Shown: positions 50,701 to 63,396, numbered from the stretch's first letter. The stretch is 64,000 bases of DNA from Lingula anatina (GCA_051362555.1 CM120642.1:21576001-21640000), one strand, 5' to 3'. Numbers and translations are program-made. Notes: generated from the sequence alone by a model not told the origin.

Positions 50701-52584
50701 GCTACAAACTAAAGAAGAAACTAATGCCTCGATATACATGTAGACTGTCCAAAAGTGAAGCAGTATTAATATCTGGATTGTGCCTGGTTGTTTCTGACTT
50801 TTGTTGAAAAGGGAAGTTGACATTTCATGGTCATTAAGGTAAATGGGACGTGAAGCTTACTCTAAATATGATGTTGAACAGAGCTGCAGTTTTTCCTTGT
50901 TTTTGAAAGTGCATTAAGCCTGTTTCATTTTACACTTGTACTGCATGTAATGGGATCCTTCTTTTAGTCAGCGAGGATTTAAGACACTTGGTTTATGTCT
51001 GACAAACATTTTTATACTGGTTTTTATGTTCATATGTGTAATTTTCATTAATAATTTTCTCTTGTGATCAAACATTGATGATAAAAGTGTGATCATGCTA
51101 CAAAACATAATGAACTGTTGGTTTTAAAAGTGCTTTGTAAGTTTATGCAAGTTGCAAGTGATTTGTCTATTTTTGTTAACACACCAAAGAAGTACCCTTT
51201 GTTCCATGTTGTTAAAACGTGTTATGGGCATTGTCATAATATTATATTATAACCTTTGTGCTCTGAACCTCACTGTTCATGTCTCTTGTTGATGGAATGG
51301 AATATCCATATCCTGGTCAGTCTGATACATATAATGCTTGCGTTTTTAATTTCTAGTTTGATTTAGCCAAATTTTCTGCTTTTCATTTTACACTTATATT
51401 ACATGTTATGGTAGAGCTCTTTTGGTTAACCAATATTTCAGACACTTGGCTGATATCCAATAGAGATATTCTAATATTGCTTTTAGACACTTGGTTAATG
51501 TCTGACAAACATATTTTGATATTGATTTTTATCTTAATATAATGTGTAATTTACCATAATAATCCTTTTCCCTTGTGATCATACAATAATGATAAATTCA
51601 AAAGTTTAATTTCTGAATCACAAAAGAAGTGTCTTTTGTGCATTGTTTTTAAAACATTATGGATGTTTTCATTATAATAGCAATCTTTGTGCTCTACACC
51701 TGATGGTAGACCGGGTGTTTTTCTTTTTGTTAATAAAAGTTACACTAATAAAATGATTTTTTTTCACTTTTATTTTTGTTTTGGGGTCAATTATAGAGTA
51801 AAAGTTGAATAATATATTGGATATCAATCCAAGGATCAAACTGTGGGTTAAAGTTTCATGCCAGGTATGTGTCATAGCGCAAATACTGAGAGAACTATCA
51901 ATTTTACTGTATCACCCAACTAATTTTCAATATACATGCACTAGCACTTTATATTTAAACATGATGAAGAATGTTACTCTCAAAAAAAAAAAACAAAAAA
52001 AAAACAGCATTGTCAGATTACCTTTACATAAGTTATTCCCAAACAAATTGCAGAAAAAATAAATACATGACTGTAATTCATAATTATCTAAAATGTTTAT
52101 TTAAAATCCTGATGATAGAAGTAGGACTGCGCCAGACAATGAAAGGATTTTCAATGGAATGTTCACTCTTGATTATACATGTTTTTTCTAAAAATTACAT
52201 CAGCAAAAGTCAGTTCTATATGTTTGTGTTGAAGTTCTAAGGTAAGTTGACTTAAATATTATGTCAAAAGGTAGTCCATGCAGTATGTTTTTGTTATCCT
52301 AGAAAACTAATTTAAGTCATGATAGTGACTTTTCATAATAATAGTAATACTAATAATAACCGGCATACTATTAAGTTTATCTCAGCAAAAAATACTGATG
52401 TTCTGTGTCTTGTTGTACTGCATGGCCTGCAGATTTTAGGGCTGTTCTGTTTTTACACTGTACTCATTATTTGTTATCATGAATAAAGTTTATAAGTAAC
52501 ATGACTTGATATGCATTGATCATCAAGACTTCCCTGAACAATCATTGTTACTGCGACACAGCTGATATGTACCAATGCGACACA

Positions 52585-53497
52585 CTATAGATCCTGTCGA
52601 ATAGCTAATCGCAATGCATGGTAAACCTGCTGTGCCTACTGTACATTGGTAGGAAAGTCCAAAAAAAGTTCAGCCATGTAAATATTGAAGAGTTCAAATA
52701 ATTCTTCATCACAGGGAAGGCCATCCCTGAAGCTGCATTCGGTTAAACATGCTTCGATATGTCCTTGGTTGACTGGTCGCAGGTAGTCTCGTCGGCCATA
52801 CAATTCTGGCATAGAGAACAGAACGATTGGTCTTCCATTGGGAACGTTCTGATTCTTTGTGCGTCGTATGCGGTGACAGTTCCATACAGACGTGACCCTA
52901 TCCAGATCAGTCTATTATAAATATAAAGAAAAAGAAAAAGGCTATTTTGTTAATTAGCATACAATTTACCACAACTCAAAACTGACATTACTTAATATTG
53001 CAGTCACCATTCAACTACACCCTGATGATTATATGCAGTATTGTATTTGGAGATGTTTTAACATCTAAAACTATTTAAAACATTAAAACTATTTAACGCC
53101 ATTATGTGAGATTAAAACAAAAAAGAAATGGATTCTCGACTCTTAGAAAGACCCAGTAAATATAAGAAGCGCTAAAGTTAATTATGCATTACCAACAATC
53201 AATTAGTCTCATTTCAGCAGCCGAAACAGATAGAACTATAAAATGCTTTAATACCTGGACCAAAGTCATGAAGCAGAATTGGACGAGGCTTGTGTCTAGC
53301 GGGTCTCCTGCAAAATCCCCAACATCCTTCAATGCTTTCAGAACATCCATCCAAAATTGTATGCATTCTTTACGCAGCATACACCAAAAGGCTTCAATCC
53401 GCTGGTTGTGAGTGCTCCGCCCATAAATAAAGCTATTCTGCTCCGACAAGAACTCTTGCATCTGTGCTACATGACCGTTCTCGGTTCCCATGTCTCC
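52585..53497 (-). pseudogene. Integrase-core (DDE) transposase, last two exons (53497-53255, 52911-52585), 5'-truncated
   Basis: GDMGTENG..YGRSTHNQRIEAFW..CFMTLVQ, GT-AG phase-0 intron, then TDLDRVTSVWNCHRIR..PNGRP..PELYGRRDYL..RQDL*. Premature TAG at 52636-52638; region with the first catalytic Asp not found. Confidence 0.82.
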
Positions 53498-53986
53498 TTA
53501 GTTCAGATTTTATCGTTGATAAAGCAAAATGACACCTTTGTTTACTAATAATCTGTACTCAAGGCCTCATGGCTCTATAATAAAAGCATTTAAACCAAAA
53601 TGATGACACCGGATTGTAGCCTACATATATACACTCCTGGTCAGCTCTAACAATTTCGTGATAAAATCTAGTTCAGGGACGAAATTACTCTTCATACCGA
53701 TTGCTAATAAAAAAATACAAAGGTGTTAAATTGACGATTAAAGCTTTGAGTTGCCTATGCTATTGAATATACATCGAAAAGAAAAAATATAAAAACCGAT
53801 ATTTTACATTTCCGGGAGTTTTTTCATTGTTTCAAATCTGCACAAAGACAGATGCATTATTGAATAATTGGATGCAGGAAAAAACTCTTTCGTTATTAGG
53901 ATGATAACAAAGGGTTACAATGTCCTTAATTTTAAAAACAAGGCGGCAAAGCTATTTTCACAACTGGTTTAAGTGTTATAGTAATC

Positions 53987-54225
53987 TCACCTGTCATCCC
54001 TCTTTCCCTCAAAAATACTTCCAAGCCCTGGTCTATATCTTTCACATCCCTTTGGTGAAATAATTGAGCCCCTTTGTTCAAATTCATGTGACTCTACAAA
54101 CAAAGCTTTTTCGGGTATAACAGATAGGCTAAAATGAATCCTTTGAATGTAGAGCATGTGGTTTCCTCGTGTAGTTCCGTTTTCACATCCCTCATGCATT
54201 GTGGGTATTATTATTATTATTATCA
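53987..54225 (-). promoter_or_regulatory. Inverted paralogue of the left-arm module 46686-46912 (putative promoter and first exon)
   Basis: Shared aatacccacaatgcatgagggatgtgaaa.cggaactacacgag..ttagcctatctgttat.cccgaaaaagct..tgtagagtcacat.aatttga. ATG is changed to ATA and the copy ends in donor cag|gtgag. Promoter function is inferred. Confidence 0.55.
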
Positions 54226-54493
54226 TTTATAATCTGCAGAAGCGACTAAATAATAATTTGCTAGTTTTGATGATTATGCAAAAATGTTATGGCGTAAACG
54301 GGAGTCGTCTTATTCTAGCTGAGGTTTAGATGGTGTGAAAACGCATAATCATTAAAGGTGGGGAAAGTAAAGCGCCGCACCGCGCCGTAAAGCGTCTGAG
54401 CGGGATAGATGTTATATATATCACTTGTAGTTGAGGGGAGGGAGGAGGAAACAAATTTTAAGATTTCTTACCTTAACTTTGTCTATTGTTATA

Positions 54494-54830
54494 TCAAAAT
54501 GCTATCTCGAAATTTCGAGATAATTTTTTTTTTTGTTCAAATTTCAAAATGCTATCTCAAAATTTCGAGATAAAAATTTTTTTTGTTCAAATTTCAAAAT
54601 GCTATCTCGAAATTTCGAGATAAAAAATTTTTTTGTTCAAATTTCAAAATGCTATCTCGAAATTTCGAGATAAAAAATTTTTTTGTTCAAATTTCAAAAT
54701 GCTATCTCGAAATTTTGAGATAAAAAATTTTTTTGTTCAAATTTCAAAATAGTATCTCGAAATTTCGAGATAATTTTTTTTTGTTCAAATTTCAAAATAG
54801 TATCTCGAAATTTCGAGATAAATTTTTTTT
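54494..54830. repeat. About 7 copies of a 50-bp sub-terminal repeat with palindrome tatctcgaaatttcgagata
   Basis: tcaaaatgctatctcgaaatttcgagata at 54494, 54544, 54594 and onward; about 2 inverted copies in the left arm (46585-46680). Confidence 0.93.
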
Positions 54831-55444
54831 TTCAACATATGGCACCAGTCGGCTTCCGTAAAATCCCGACCACAATTCGACAATTCTCTTCATTTGAAAC
54901 GACCAGCAATATTTTTCATGGACCAATAAGCGTGCCGTCACTCTTGGGATAATCTTTCCCGGATATATATTTTGGATAGCTTTTGTTCCATTTGTTAACA
55001 CATCTTCTCTACTGCCCATTTCAATGCACTGCATGTAGTTTGTACATTTATATGGGTTGATAAAGTAAAATATATGCTTACATGGACTTTATGTGTGTAG
55101 TTATTGAAAAAAAACAACGCTTCTAAAGTACAAATATAATTTCTCAACATGTAATCTCTAAAGGTTCTTGAGCACTCGTTAAGGAGAATTTCAGTACGAA
55201 TATCATAGCAATATACGTGTACTTCACCTCTGTAATATCATAGCAATATACATGTACTTCACCACTGTAATATCATAGCAATACACTTCACCTCTGTAAT
55301 ATCATTGTGTTTTAAGGAGGGTGAAGTGTCTTAAGGGTATTATGTTTAGATTAGTGTTATCAATCAAAACCAACGAGTAATGAACCTGCCAAGTTTCCTG
55401 GTCTAGACCATTATGTTCTATAGTGTAAGTTAATACATCACTAA

Positions 55445-55784
55445 GGGACGGCTCATCATTCGAATTGGAGGGGGGAGGAGAAAATGTCCCCCCCCTCCCA
55501 ACCAAAAAATAGCTGAAAAAATCCCTGATAACATTCAAATTTTTCGGGATCTCCCTTCCACATTGATTGAATAACTCGGCCACCCCCTCAATAAAACTAG
55601 TGAAAAAGTAGTGTGAAATTTATATTTTTCACTATGTCTTGTACGACAAGTCACAAAAATTATTTTTCTCAAGAACCCCTTATTATTTTCAAATTTCGAG
55701 ACCCCCCAATATTTGCTCGGAAATTTTCAGGCCCCACATTTTCTCCTCCACCTCCCCCCTCTTACTTAAATAATGACCGGTCCC
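55445..55784. mobile_element. MITE with GGG/CCC ends and TAA TSD
   Basis: taa-gggacggctcatcatt ... aataatgaccggtccc-taa. Confidence 0.7.
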
Positions 55785-55924
55785 TAAGTGGCGTTTCAGC
55801 CGGTGTCATTCCTTTTCCACCGCTTTCCCACGCGTTCACATATCTATTGATAACTTTTAACCTTCCTGGTTGAATCGATGCCATGTTATGAGTACATCGT
55901 CATTGGAAACGCAACACAGATGTA

Positions 55925-56499
55925 TACATGGTGGTCCATAAAAAACTACCTATATAGCTTTCCATCTCAATTTTGATGTACATATAATTAAGATATTCCC
56001 AACTTTCTTTCGCCAAATTTTTCCATAAATACGATTATTTTATCCTTCCACATTCTGCAAAAATTGGAAAAGTAATCAAATTTCAATTGATAATGTGTTC
56101 TATCCACACTCCTCTCTGCTGAATAACGACGGCCACACTAACGTTGAAATTTGCATTTGCTATTGTAATCATGTCAGCCGGACTGTTCCTTACTTTGTCT
56201 CGAATGTTAGTCTTCAGAGAGTCTAGAGTTTGTGGCTTTTAAACAGAAAATTTCCTTAAGGTGACCCCCAAAGGAAGAAATCTGGGGGGTTGAGATCTGG
56301 CGAATAGGGTGGCCAAGGAAAGTCCGTGCGGCGTGAGATGATGATGATTGAAATTTGACTACCTTAAAGGTATCAATTTCTGCAGAATTTGCAAGGATAA
56401 ATTGGTCATCCTAATGGAACACTTTGGTGAAATAAAGTTGGATATATCTTATTTATATCAAATTTGAGATGGAAAGAAATAATTTTGGACCACTCTGTA
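55925..56499 (-). mobile_element. Internally deleted Tc1/mariner-superfamily element
   Basis: TIRs tacatggtggtccataa and ttttggaccactctgta. Minus-strand relic ISRRTDFPWPPYSPDLNPPDFFLWG..KPQTLDSLKTNIRD..QQRGVWIEHIIN* (~56340-56083). Confidence 0.85.
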
Positions 56500-57303
56500 A
56501 ATAGTGGAGATTGAGACAAACATATTAAATTAAGCTTCTGTTCTTCGGGATAAATAAATATTAAGTAGGTTTTCTCTCTACATTTGTTTTAGGACCATTG
56601 TGAATATTGCCTGCAATATACATAAAAAGAAAAATCATACAAACTATATCACTCATATCATTATCGGTATTTGTTGTGTTAAATACATTGTCAGTGGGAC
56701 ATTGGGGCAAGGCAGTACATGGTAGGTGGGTGTTCACTTTCATAGAGGAAATTACACTTTTGGCGACGTATCCATAGAGATCAAGTTCTTGTTCAAAGGG
56801 TCTGGGGAGGAAGGGGGACTTTCTTCTGTGAGCGCAATAGTGTGTCTTTTTGACCTTTTAGAATGGTTGAAATAAGTTCACCGCATCTGACCCTGCATGT
56901 ACGCACGCGTTTACAAAAAGGGTGGATAAAATAATTCATACATAAAGCATAACGAGTAGGATGTTGGTATCTGGTGCATATTTTTTAAATACACATAAAG
57001 ATCGCTATGGCAAAGTATAAACATTTGGGTGGAAGAAAAATAACTTAATTGATTAAAAGAAAACCGTTTTTCTTTTTCTTTTTTTTCTGAATTAGAAAAA
57101 ACAATGCTTGTAATGTTATATTTTAAACTATTGTCCTGTGGTGTCTCGTTTCAAATTTGAATAAACGTTTTCAGAGCGTCGATCCCTAAGTCAGCCAAGA
57201 TAGAAATGTTGATCTTCTAACTCTCCTTCTTGATAAGATATACTTTTCATTGGAAGTATAACGATAAACTAGATGATTAAATAACCTCACTCGAAGGAGA
57301 GAC

Positions 57304-57715
57304 ATGGAATCGACCGGAGTTGGAGGGAAATTCCTCTCCGTCTTTTTCATAATTTTCGGGACTCTTTCGGCGATTTCAAATGCTTATACTGTCATATATA
57401 CCTCGCCTACCACGGATTTGACGTTACGTTTATCAGATCAACCGTTCCACGTCAACAATTCCATCCCTGTGCCGCCAGGGGTAACGCTGAATGTAGAACC
57501 TGGCGTTACCGTTAAATTCGGCCCGGCTGTCGGTGTGCGCGTTGAGGGACGGCTTTTGGCAGTGGGACAACCGGACAAACGTATACTTTTCACGGCTGCA
57601 GACGAACCTAATGTTGAAAGGGATGATAAGCAGCCACCTATTTGGTTTGATGGTGCACGATTGGCCGGGGACTTCACGGAAAGTCATCATGGACGCCTGG
57701 AACTTTTATACCAAG
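57304..57715 (+). CDS. Bark beetle/anakonda-like SRCR protein, coding exon 1 (signal peptide, N-terminal beta region, SRCR start)
   Basis: Hydrophobic leader; PFHVNNSIPVPPGVTLNVEPGVTVKFG..VEGRLLAVG..ILFT; ARLAG..GRLELLYQG; donor aag|gtatct; UTR acceptor at 57174. Confidence 0.85.
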
Positions 57716-58381
57716 GTATCTGCAGAGTAGAAATTACTTTCTTTGTGTTTTTGGAGCGTTTTAACTTTCTTTTTTATATTTTATTTATTTATATTTCTTT
57801 TTTTGTAAGTTACAAAATGTTAATTATGTGTTACAACCCTAGTTTTCATTATTAGAAAATGACGGAACAAAACTCTCACCTCGAAGTTGGGGGAATGAAA
57901 TCCGTCTACATTTCCTGCAAAGCAATTAATATTTCCCAATTCAGACCTTACAAACTGTTACAACAATAATTGGTGCTGCCCAGTTATTTAGAACTATGTC
58001 AAAAAATTAAAAATTAAATTTATGTTCTACGTCGGATCCAAGTGCAGTCGAGAAATGTTTCGTCAGGGGGAGAAAAAATTATTCCCTTCGAACATAAATA
58101 TTGGTAAACCACATAAAGAGTACATGTAATCATTATTTGGCTTATTATCATAGGAGCCTAGTGGATAGGGGCCAAAGCGAAATTACTATCCCTTCTCACA
58201 TATTTAAATACATCAGTTATAAATGCAAGAGTCTCACCCCTCCCCCCCCCCCCCCACGACCACAGACAGGCGTTATTCTTTATTCGTTTTGAATTATTAG
58301 CCCCCATCTGACTTTCTACTAACCTGAATATTCATTTCCACAAATGTTTGTTAAAGAGTACGTATAATTTTCCCCTTTCAG

Positions 58382-58606
58382 GTAGTTTTGGCACCGTTTG
58401 TCGGAATGGCTGGGATAGCTCCTACTACTACAACATCAACAACAACAACAGAGTTGTTGCTAGGATGTTGGGATATAAAACATGTACCAAAGTATATAAC
58501 AGAGGCAGTGGCACTGGAAGTATTCTTCTGAACAACGTGAGATGCGATGGACATGAGAGCTCCCTCTGGGACTGTCCTCACGATGGGGTCCGTGTGCACA
58601 ACTGTT
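58382..58606 (+). CDS. Bark beetle-like protein, coding exon 2 (SRCR core)
   Basis: tttcag|, phase 1; GSFGTVCRNGWD..VVARMLGY..GSGTGSILLNNVRCDGHESSLWDCPHDGVRVHNC; |gtgagt. Confidence 0.9.
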
Positions 58607-59699
58607 GTGAGTATCTTACTGACCTGTTATCTTTATTCATGTATTTACTACTTTTGAGAACTATGATATTGCAATTGTGTAATCTTTTATAATAGCCTAA
58701 GGCCAACGTCAGGGATGTTTCTTTGTTTGGTGATTGTCAGAGTGATCTATCACGAAAAAATTAAACTTAATAATCAGGCCCTTTTTTCACTGCTAACCAC
58801 AGAAAAGATAAACTCGACACTTTTACAGACGACTGTGTCTACATCATTTATATTAACCTAATTTTTTGTTTGTTTATTTGTCCATTTTATTTCGAACATG
58901 AAAGTTTGCACATGTATTAAATGGAATATAATGTAAGTTCAGGTATTAATATCACTAGTATTTTGTCTTTAAGTGATTGCAAAAGTTCTCTTTGTGCAGT
59001 GTTTGATACATTCCTGACAACCGGAGGAAGTTAGACAAACTTAATTAGTTAGACAGTCAGACAGACCATTTTACCAAAAAAGACAAAAAGTGAACTGTGG
59101 TCACAAGTCTGCTAGAATGGAAAACAACACAAATCATTTTCTATTTTACCAGTACCGATGATGGAATTTGGACCATTTACTCCACGTACGACATGCGCTC
59201 ATTCTGGTCGGTTTCAAATAGCTGTTGTTGGTACGTTCTTAAACATTACGTACAATGTGGGCATGGGTGCTATATACCGATGTCAAATGTAGGAGGTTGA
59301 CCATTTGATTTTTATCAGGTAGTTTGTAAAGGGTTATCATGATTTCTATACCGCTCTGTTATAATATGTATTGTGGCAGATCCAGGAGGTTGCTAACAAG
59401 AGAGGGGCGTCAACATAAGTATCAATAAATTCTGCCTGGTTTCTCGTGGCAATATTCAATGTTAGGCTAAGGTAACATAACTGTCATATATACCGTACAG
59501 GTATGGAACATGCTTGTTTTAAGAAAGGCCTGCCCTGTTCACCTGAGCTTCAGGTTACCCTGTCCTTGGGTATGTCTTTGCATGGGAACCAAAATGATAA
59601 AGTATCATACAGTTATTGTCTGTCTTTCTGTGGTTAGTAATCTATAGCTAAGATGGAGATATGGTGATATCAGTTTACAGTTAGAACAATATAGAGGAG

Positions 59700-60010
59700 C
59701 TGAATGTCAGTTTGGACCGGCCTGACAGGAATGGCAGTCCGTTAGGAAGCGTAGTCCTCTCCCCGTTATTTTGTACAGATGACATTCGTCCCACCTGCCC
59801 AAAATGAATGAGTAACTCTGTTTGCTTGCTGTGAATAAGGTCAGTTTGACATCGTGACAAGCGTGACAGGAATGGAAGTCCGTTAGGAACCGTAGTCCTC
59901 TCCCCGTTATTTTGTACACGTCCCATATTCTTACCCTTATACGACGACTAACCATAACCTGTACTAATAATATGGACTTCCATTCCTAAAGGCCCACCAT
60001 TCCTGCCACA
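59700..60010. repeat. Dispersed repeat with internal tandem duplication; relatives at ~46085-46200 and ~61020-61095
   Basis: taggaaccgtagtcc..tttgtacagatgacattcgtccc and ctaacc..aacctgtactaat..atatgg are shared among copies. Confidence 0.65.
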
Positions 60011-61444
60011 CAGTTTTTTTCCTATTTTGCTGACTGATGCATGAAAACAAGGATTAAAATCTGTTTTTATAACTTATAATATCTTTGATGTCATTGTGAC
60101 ATCAGTTCATTAATTGAATTTGCCAGTGAAGCAATTAAAAATGCATTCCCTATTCTAAGTCACACGACAAACATTAAAAACGAGAATTTAGATCTCCCTA
60201 TTTTCCAAATTATCGTCTGTTAAAGAGTAACACGCACCACAAAGGACCCTCATGACAGTGTCTAGTCACAGCAATGGTTGCTATTACACAGTGACCTCAT
60301 CTGGCTCGTACCAAGGCTTTGAAGCGCCAATTAAGGCATTCCTTGGGATAAGTTTTTAGAGTTTCACCAAGAATAACATTCCAGGCATCGGCATCTGTCA
60401 AAACTTGTCCAGTTTGGTTCAGTTTTGTTGTAGGACATATAGGCCGTTGATTCGGCGAGTAATGACCTACCCACTTATTGTCTGTTTGGTTCAAATATGG
60501 CGATTCTAATGAGCAAGGTAGCTGCTCATTTTCTTGGTTCTGTAAGTTATCTGCTATTAAAAGTGCTCTTTGTGAACCGGTAATTTCATTGTGCACCCTA
60601 AAATTGTTCCTAAGGCCCCCTATCAAATGATAGTCAAATGAGAGGCACAGATTTAAAAAAAATGTTTAACACTGCTCAACTCATTTTACGCACTGCAAAA
60701 CCGACCGCTTGCATGCATGATGTCAAATTCTTCTATGCAGTAGTTGCCGTCATATGGATACTTTTTTGACAGAACCATGCTTCGCCTAAACCAATCTTTG
60801 ACCAGCCCAAAGGAGCACTACCCAATTGAATCACTGCATATTACACAATGCAGCATTGCAACAAAGATGGTGGTCAGTTAATTAGTAGCGACACACCTGA
60901 CTACACACTTCTTCATTCACATATCTTATATAAGATTCTTCTACTTTTTGAAAAAGAACGTATTTTTACCTAGGCATGCCTTTGAAAATGAAATGTTCCA
61001 TATCAAAATGTCAAGTCTGTGCAACTAACCCTAGCCTGTACTAATCATATGGGGCCCCTGACATCCATTCCTATAGAACCACCATTCCTGCCCCACCGGC
61101 TCAGACCAACACAACTATCATTATTTATACATAAGTCGAACATAGAGCAACGTTAGATCAACTGTATGATGCACAATCTATTAAAGGGTAATTGTGTTAA
61201 TGAAATTCAGGACTGCAACCTGCTTCCTGCCCTTCACTGCTACCCTAGGTTTTAGATTCCGGTATTGTCAGCTCGATCTTGATTTCATATACATGTATAA
61301 CCCATATCAGCAATACCAGGCTCTAGCGAACACCGTCAAGCTGTGGGCGTTCTTCTTCAAAATTTTGCCTGGGGCGCTTGGAAGCCATAAGTCTCGTACG
61401 TCACAGGTTTGGCCGCCTGGAGCTGCCTTTCCCACCTTGCGCTG

Positions 61445-62425
61445 ATGTTATCTTGTGCTGACGAGACAAGAAGCAAAGTGGCTGATCATGACGCGGAGTT
61501 AGAAGTTTGAATTAAGCATATCTTGCAGTCGAAGGTCAGTGCCAGGAAAACAGTGAATAGAATCTTGAGGAGAAGGGCTGTGACAGGAAATGTGACACCT
61601 GTTAAATCTACGGGTAGACCGCGAAGTGGAAACACCAGAAGTGATCGTGTCATCATTAACCTGGCAAGAAGAAAGTGGACAAAACCTACCAAAGCCAGTG
61701 CCTTGGAGCTACAGGCCCGACGTTTGGCTTGATTGTCTCGCCATGGCTACGCTTCAAGAATAATGGTGGAGAAACCACGCCTGACACCTGCCCATCAAGC
61801 AAATAGGCTGCAGTGGGCGCGCCATAACCGTAACCTCACGGTCCAACATTGGAATCTCGGGGTGTTTGCTGGTGAGTCCCGTTTTCCACTGTATCCAACA
61901 GATGGAAGAATGAGAGTGCGTAGTCTCGTTGGAGAATGGCTGTTGACTGAAAATATCCAAAAAACAATAGCTGGGGGGGTGCCAATTGCAGCAACGGTAT
62001 TTGCCCATTACTTCCTCTGGATGAAAACCTTAACGCTGCCAGATACCGGGACATTCTCCAACAGAACCTGGAGCCGTTTGCAAGAGGGATATACAGACAC
62101 AAATTTTGGATTGCAACATGACAACGCAACTCCCCATACAGCCCGCTAAATTAACGACTATATCTGCCAAAACAAGATTCAGCTCATGCCACAGCCAGCA
62201 AGCAGCCCAGATGTATACCCAATTGGGACAAACTTGGTAGTGCTATTCAAAGGAGAAACCATCCCGATGCAAATTTAGATCAACTTCGAAATGTCCTTCA
62301 AATTGAAAGTACCACAATTCCTCTCCAAAGAGCTGTGGCTCTAGTTCACATGCAGTATTCCACGCCGTCACATGCAGTATTCCGCGACCATTATCCAAGC
62401 TTGCGGTGGAGCATTCCCCCTACTG
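61445..62425 (+). pseudogene. Tc1-like transposase pseudogene in intron 2 of the bark-like gene
   Basis: KTVNRILRR..KSTGRPR..RSDRVI, KPRLTPAHQANRLQWA, VFAGESRF, QHDNATPHTAR, PASSPDVYPI; stops and frameshifts present. Confidence 0.88.
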
Positions 62426-62848
62426 CGATTAATAACTTTGTCTGAAGGGTTTTTATGACAATCTTCCCAAATTTCATCTTGATTGTCGATCACAATACAA
62501 ATTTATGTTTAACTTTTGTTTTGTTACTGTTGAGTAAAAACATACTCATTTTGGAGGGATAAAACCTAAATAAATAAACGCTTTTCTTACATTTGCATTG
62601 TTTGTTTCTCTTTCACTTTCCTAATCCTCCAGCGTCACATATTTAGCAATATAAGCGGTACAATTTTGGTAATAATAATAATTATGAAAGAAACAGGGCG
62701 AAACGTATATCGAAATTTCCGTGTACCAACCATTTTGAGCAAGAGCGTATGTGTAAAATGTATACAAAATAACCTGTGAACAATAACGTGGAGTATACCA
62801 ATTCCCCGAGTTCATAATAGCATGTCGTAATGTTGTTTAATTTTTCAG

Positions 62849-63396
62849 TTCACAGTCAAGACGTGTGGCTGCAGTGTTCAGGTTACTCTGGTTATCGTGG
62901 GATTGCCAACGAAACTGCCAAGTACTGGTCTGGTATAGAGCTGGTGACAAACTCTTCTGTGAAAGGAATAAGTGATCTCCAATATGTCGACATCGAATTC
63001 GCTGGTCTTCCTAACATCGGGACGCACTCAAATGATACAGCAGCCATATCGATTAGTGGAATCCCACCTGTGCTTGATAACCTGAATATCACAAATGTCA
63101 TCGGAAATGGTGTTCTACTCAGAGATATAACTGGACATGCGGCGATCAACAATAGTAGCATTGAGAACAGCATGGGAAACGGGGTTTCCTTCAGAAGCTA
63201 TGGTGGTAACCTGGCACTGGACAATGTCCAGATTTCTAATGCCCATAAAGCAGGTTTATATTACAACAGGACATTTCCGCTGCCCTCCTATAAGATGTGT
63301 CAACTGCCGGAAACAACGGTTCCTGATGGAGAACCGCTCATAGTCAGCTTTGACAGTACTGACCTTCATCTGGGGTCAAAGTCTTCCTGTTCTCAG
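62849..63396 (+). CDS. Bark beetle-like protein, coding exon 3 (SRCR end plus parallel beta-helix repeats)
   Basis: ttttcag|, phase 1, completes HNCFHSQDVWLQC; YWSGIEL, LQYVDIEFAG, LDNLNITNVIGNGV, INNSSIENSMGNGV; donor cag|gtaggc. Confidence 0.88.

Larger units (their letters stand above)
46547..54860. mobile_element. 8.3-kb TIR DNA transposon, IS3EU-like, carrying HECT E3 ligase and integrase-core transposase genes
   Basis: Perfect 34-bp terminal IR tacggaagccgactggtgccatatgttgaaaaaa, extended by 50-bp sub-terminal repeats. Flanks aaatac/aaatcc form a 6-bp TSD with 1 mismatch. Two convergent genes lie inside. Confidence 0.88.

Noticed and set aside
57716-57855. Hydrophobic tail of ORF 57304..57855 as a transmembrane segment
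   Set aside because: It is T-rich intron read-through after the donor at 57716; the SRCR continues in the exon at 58382.
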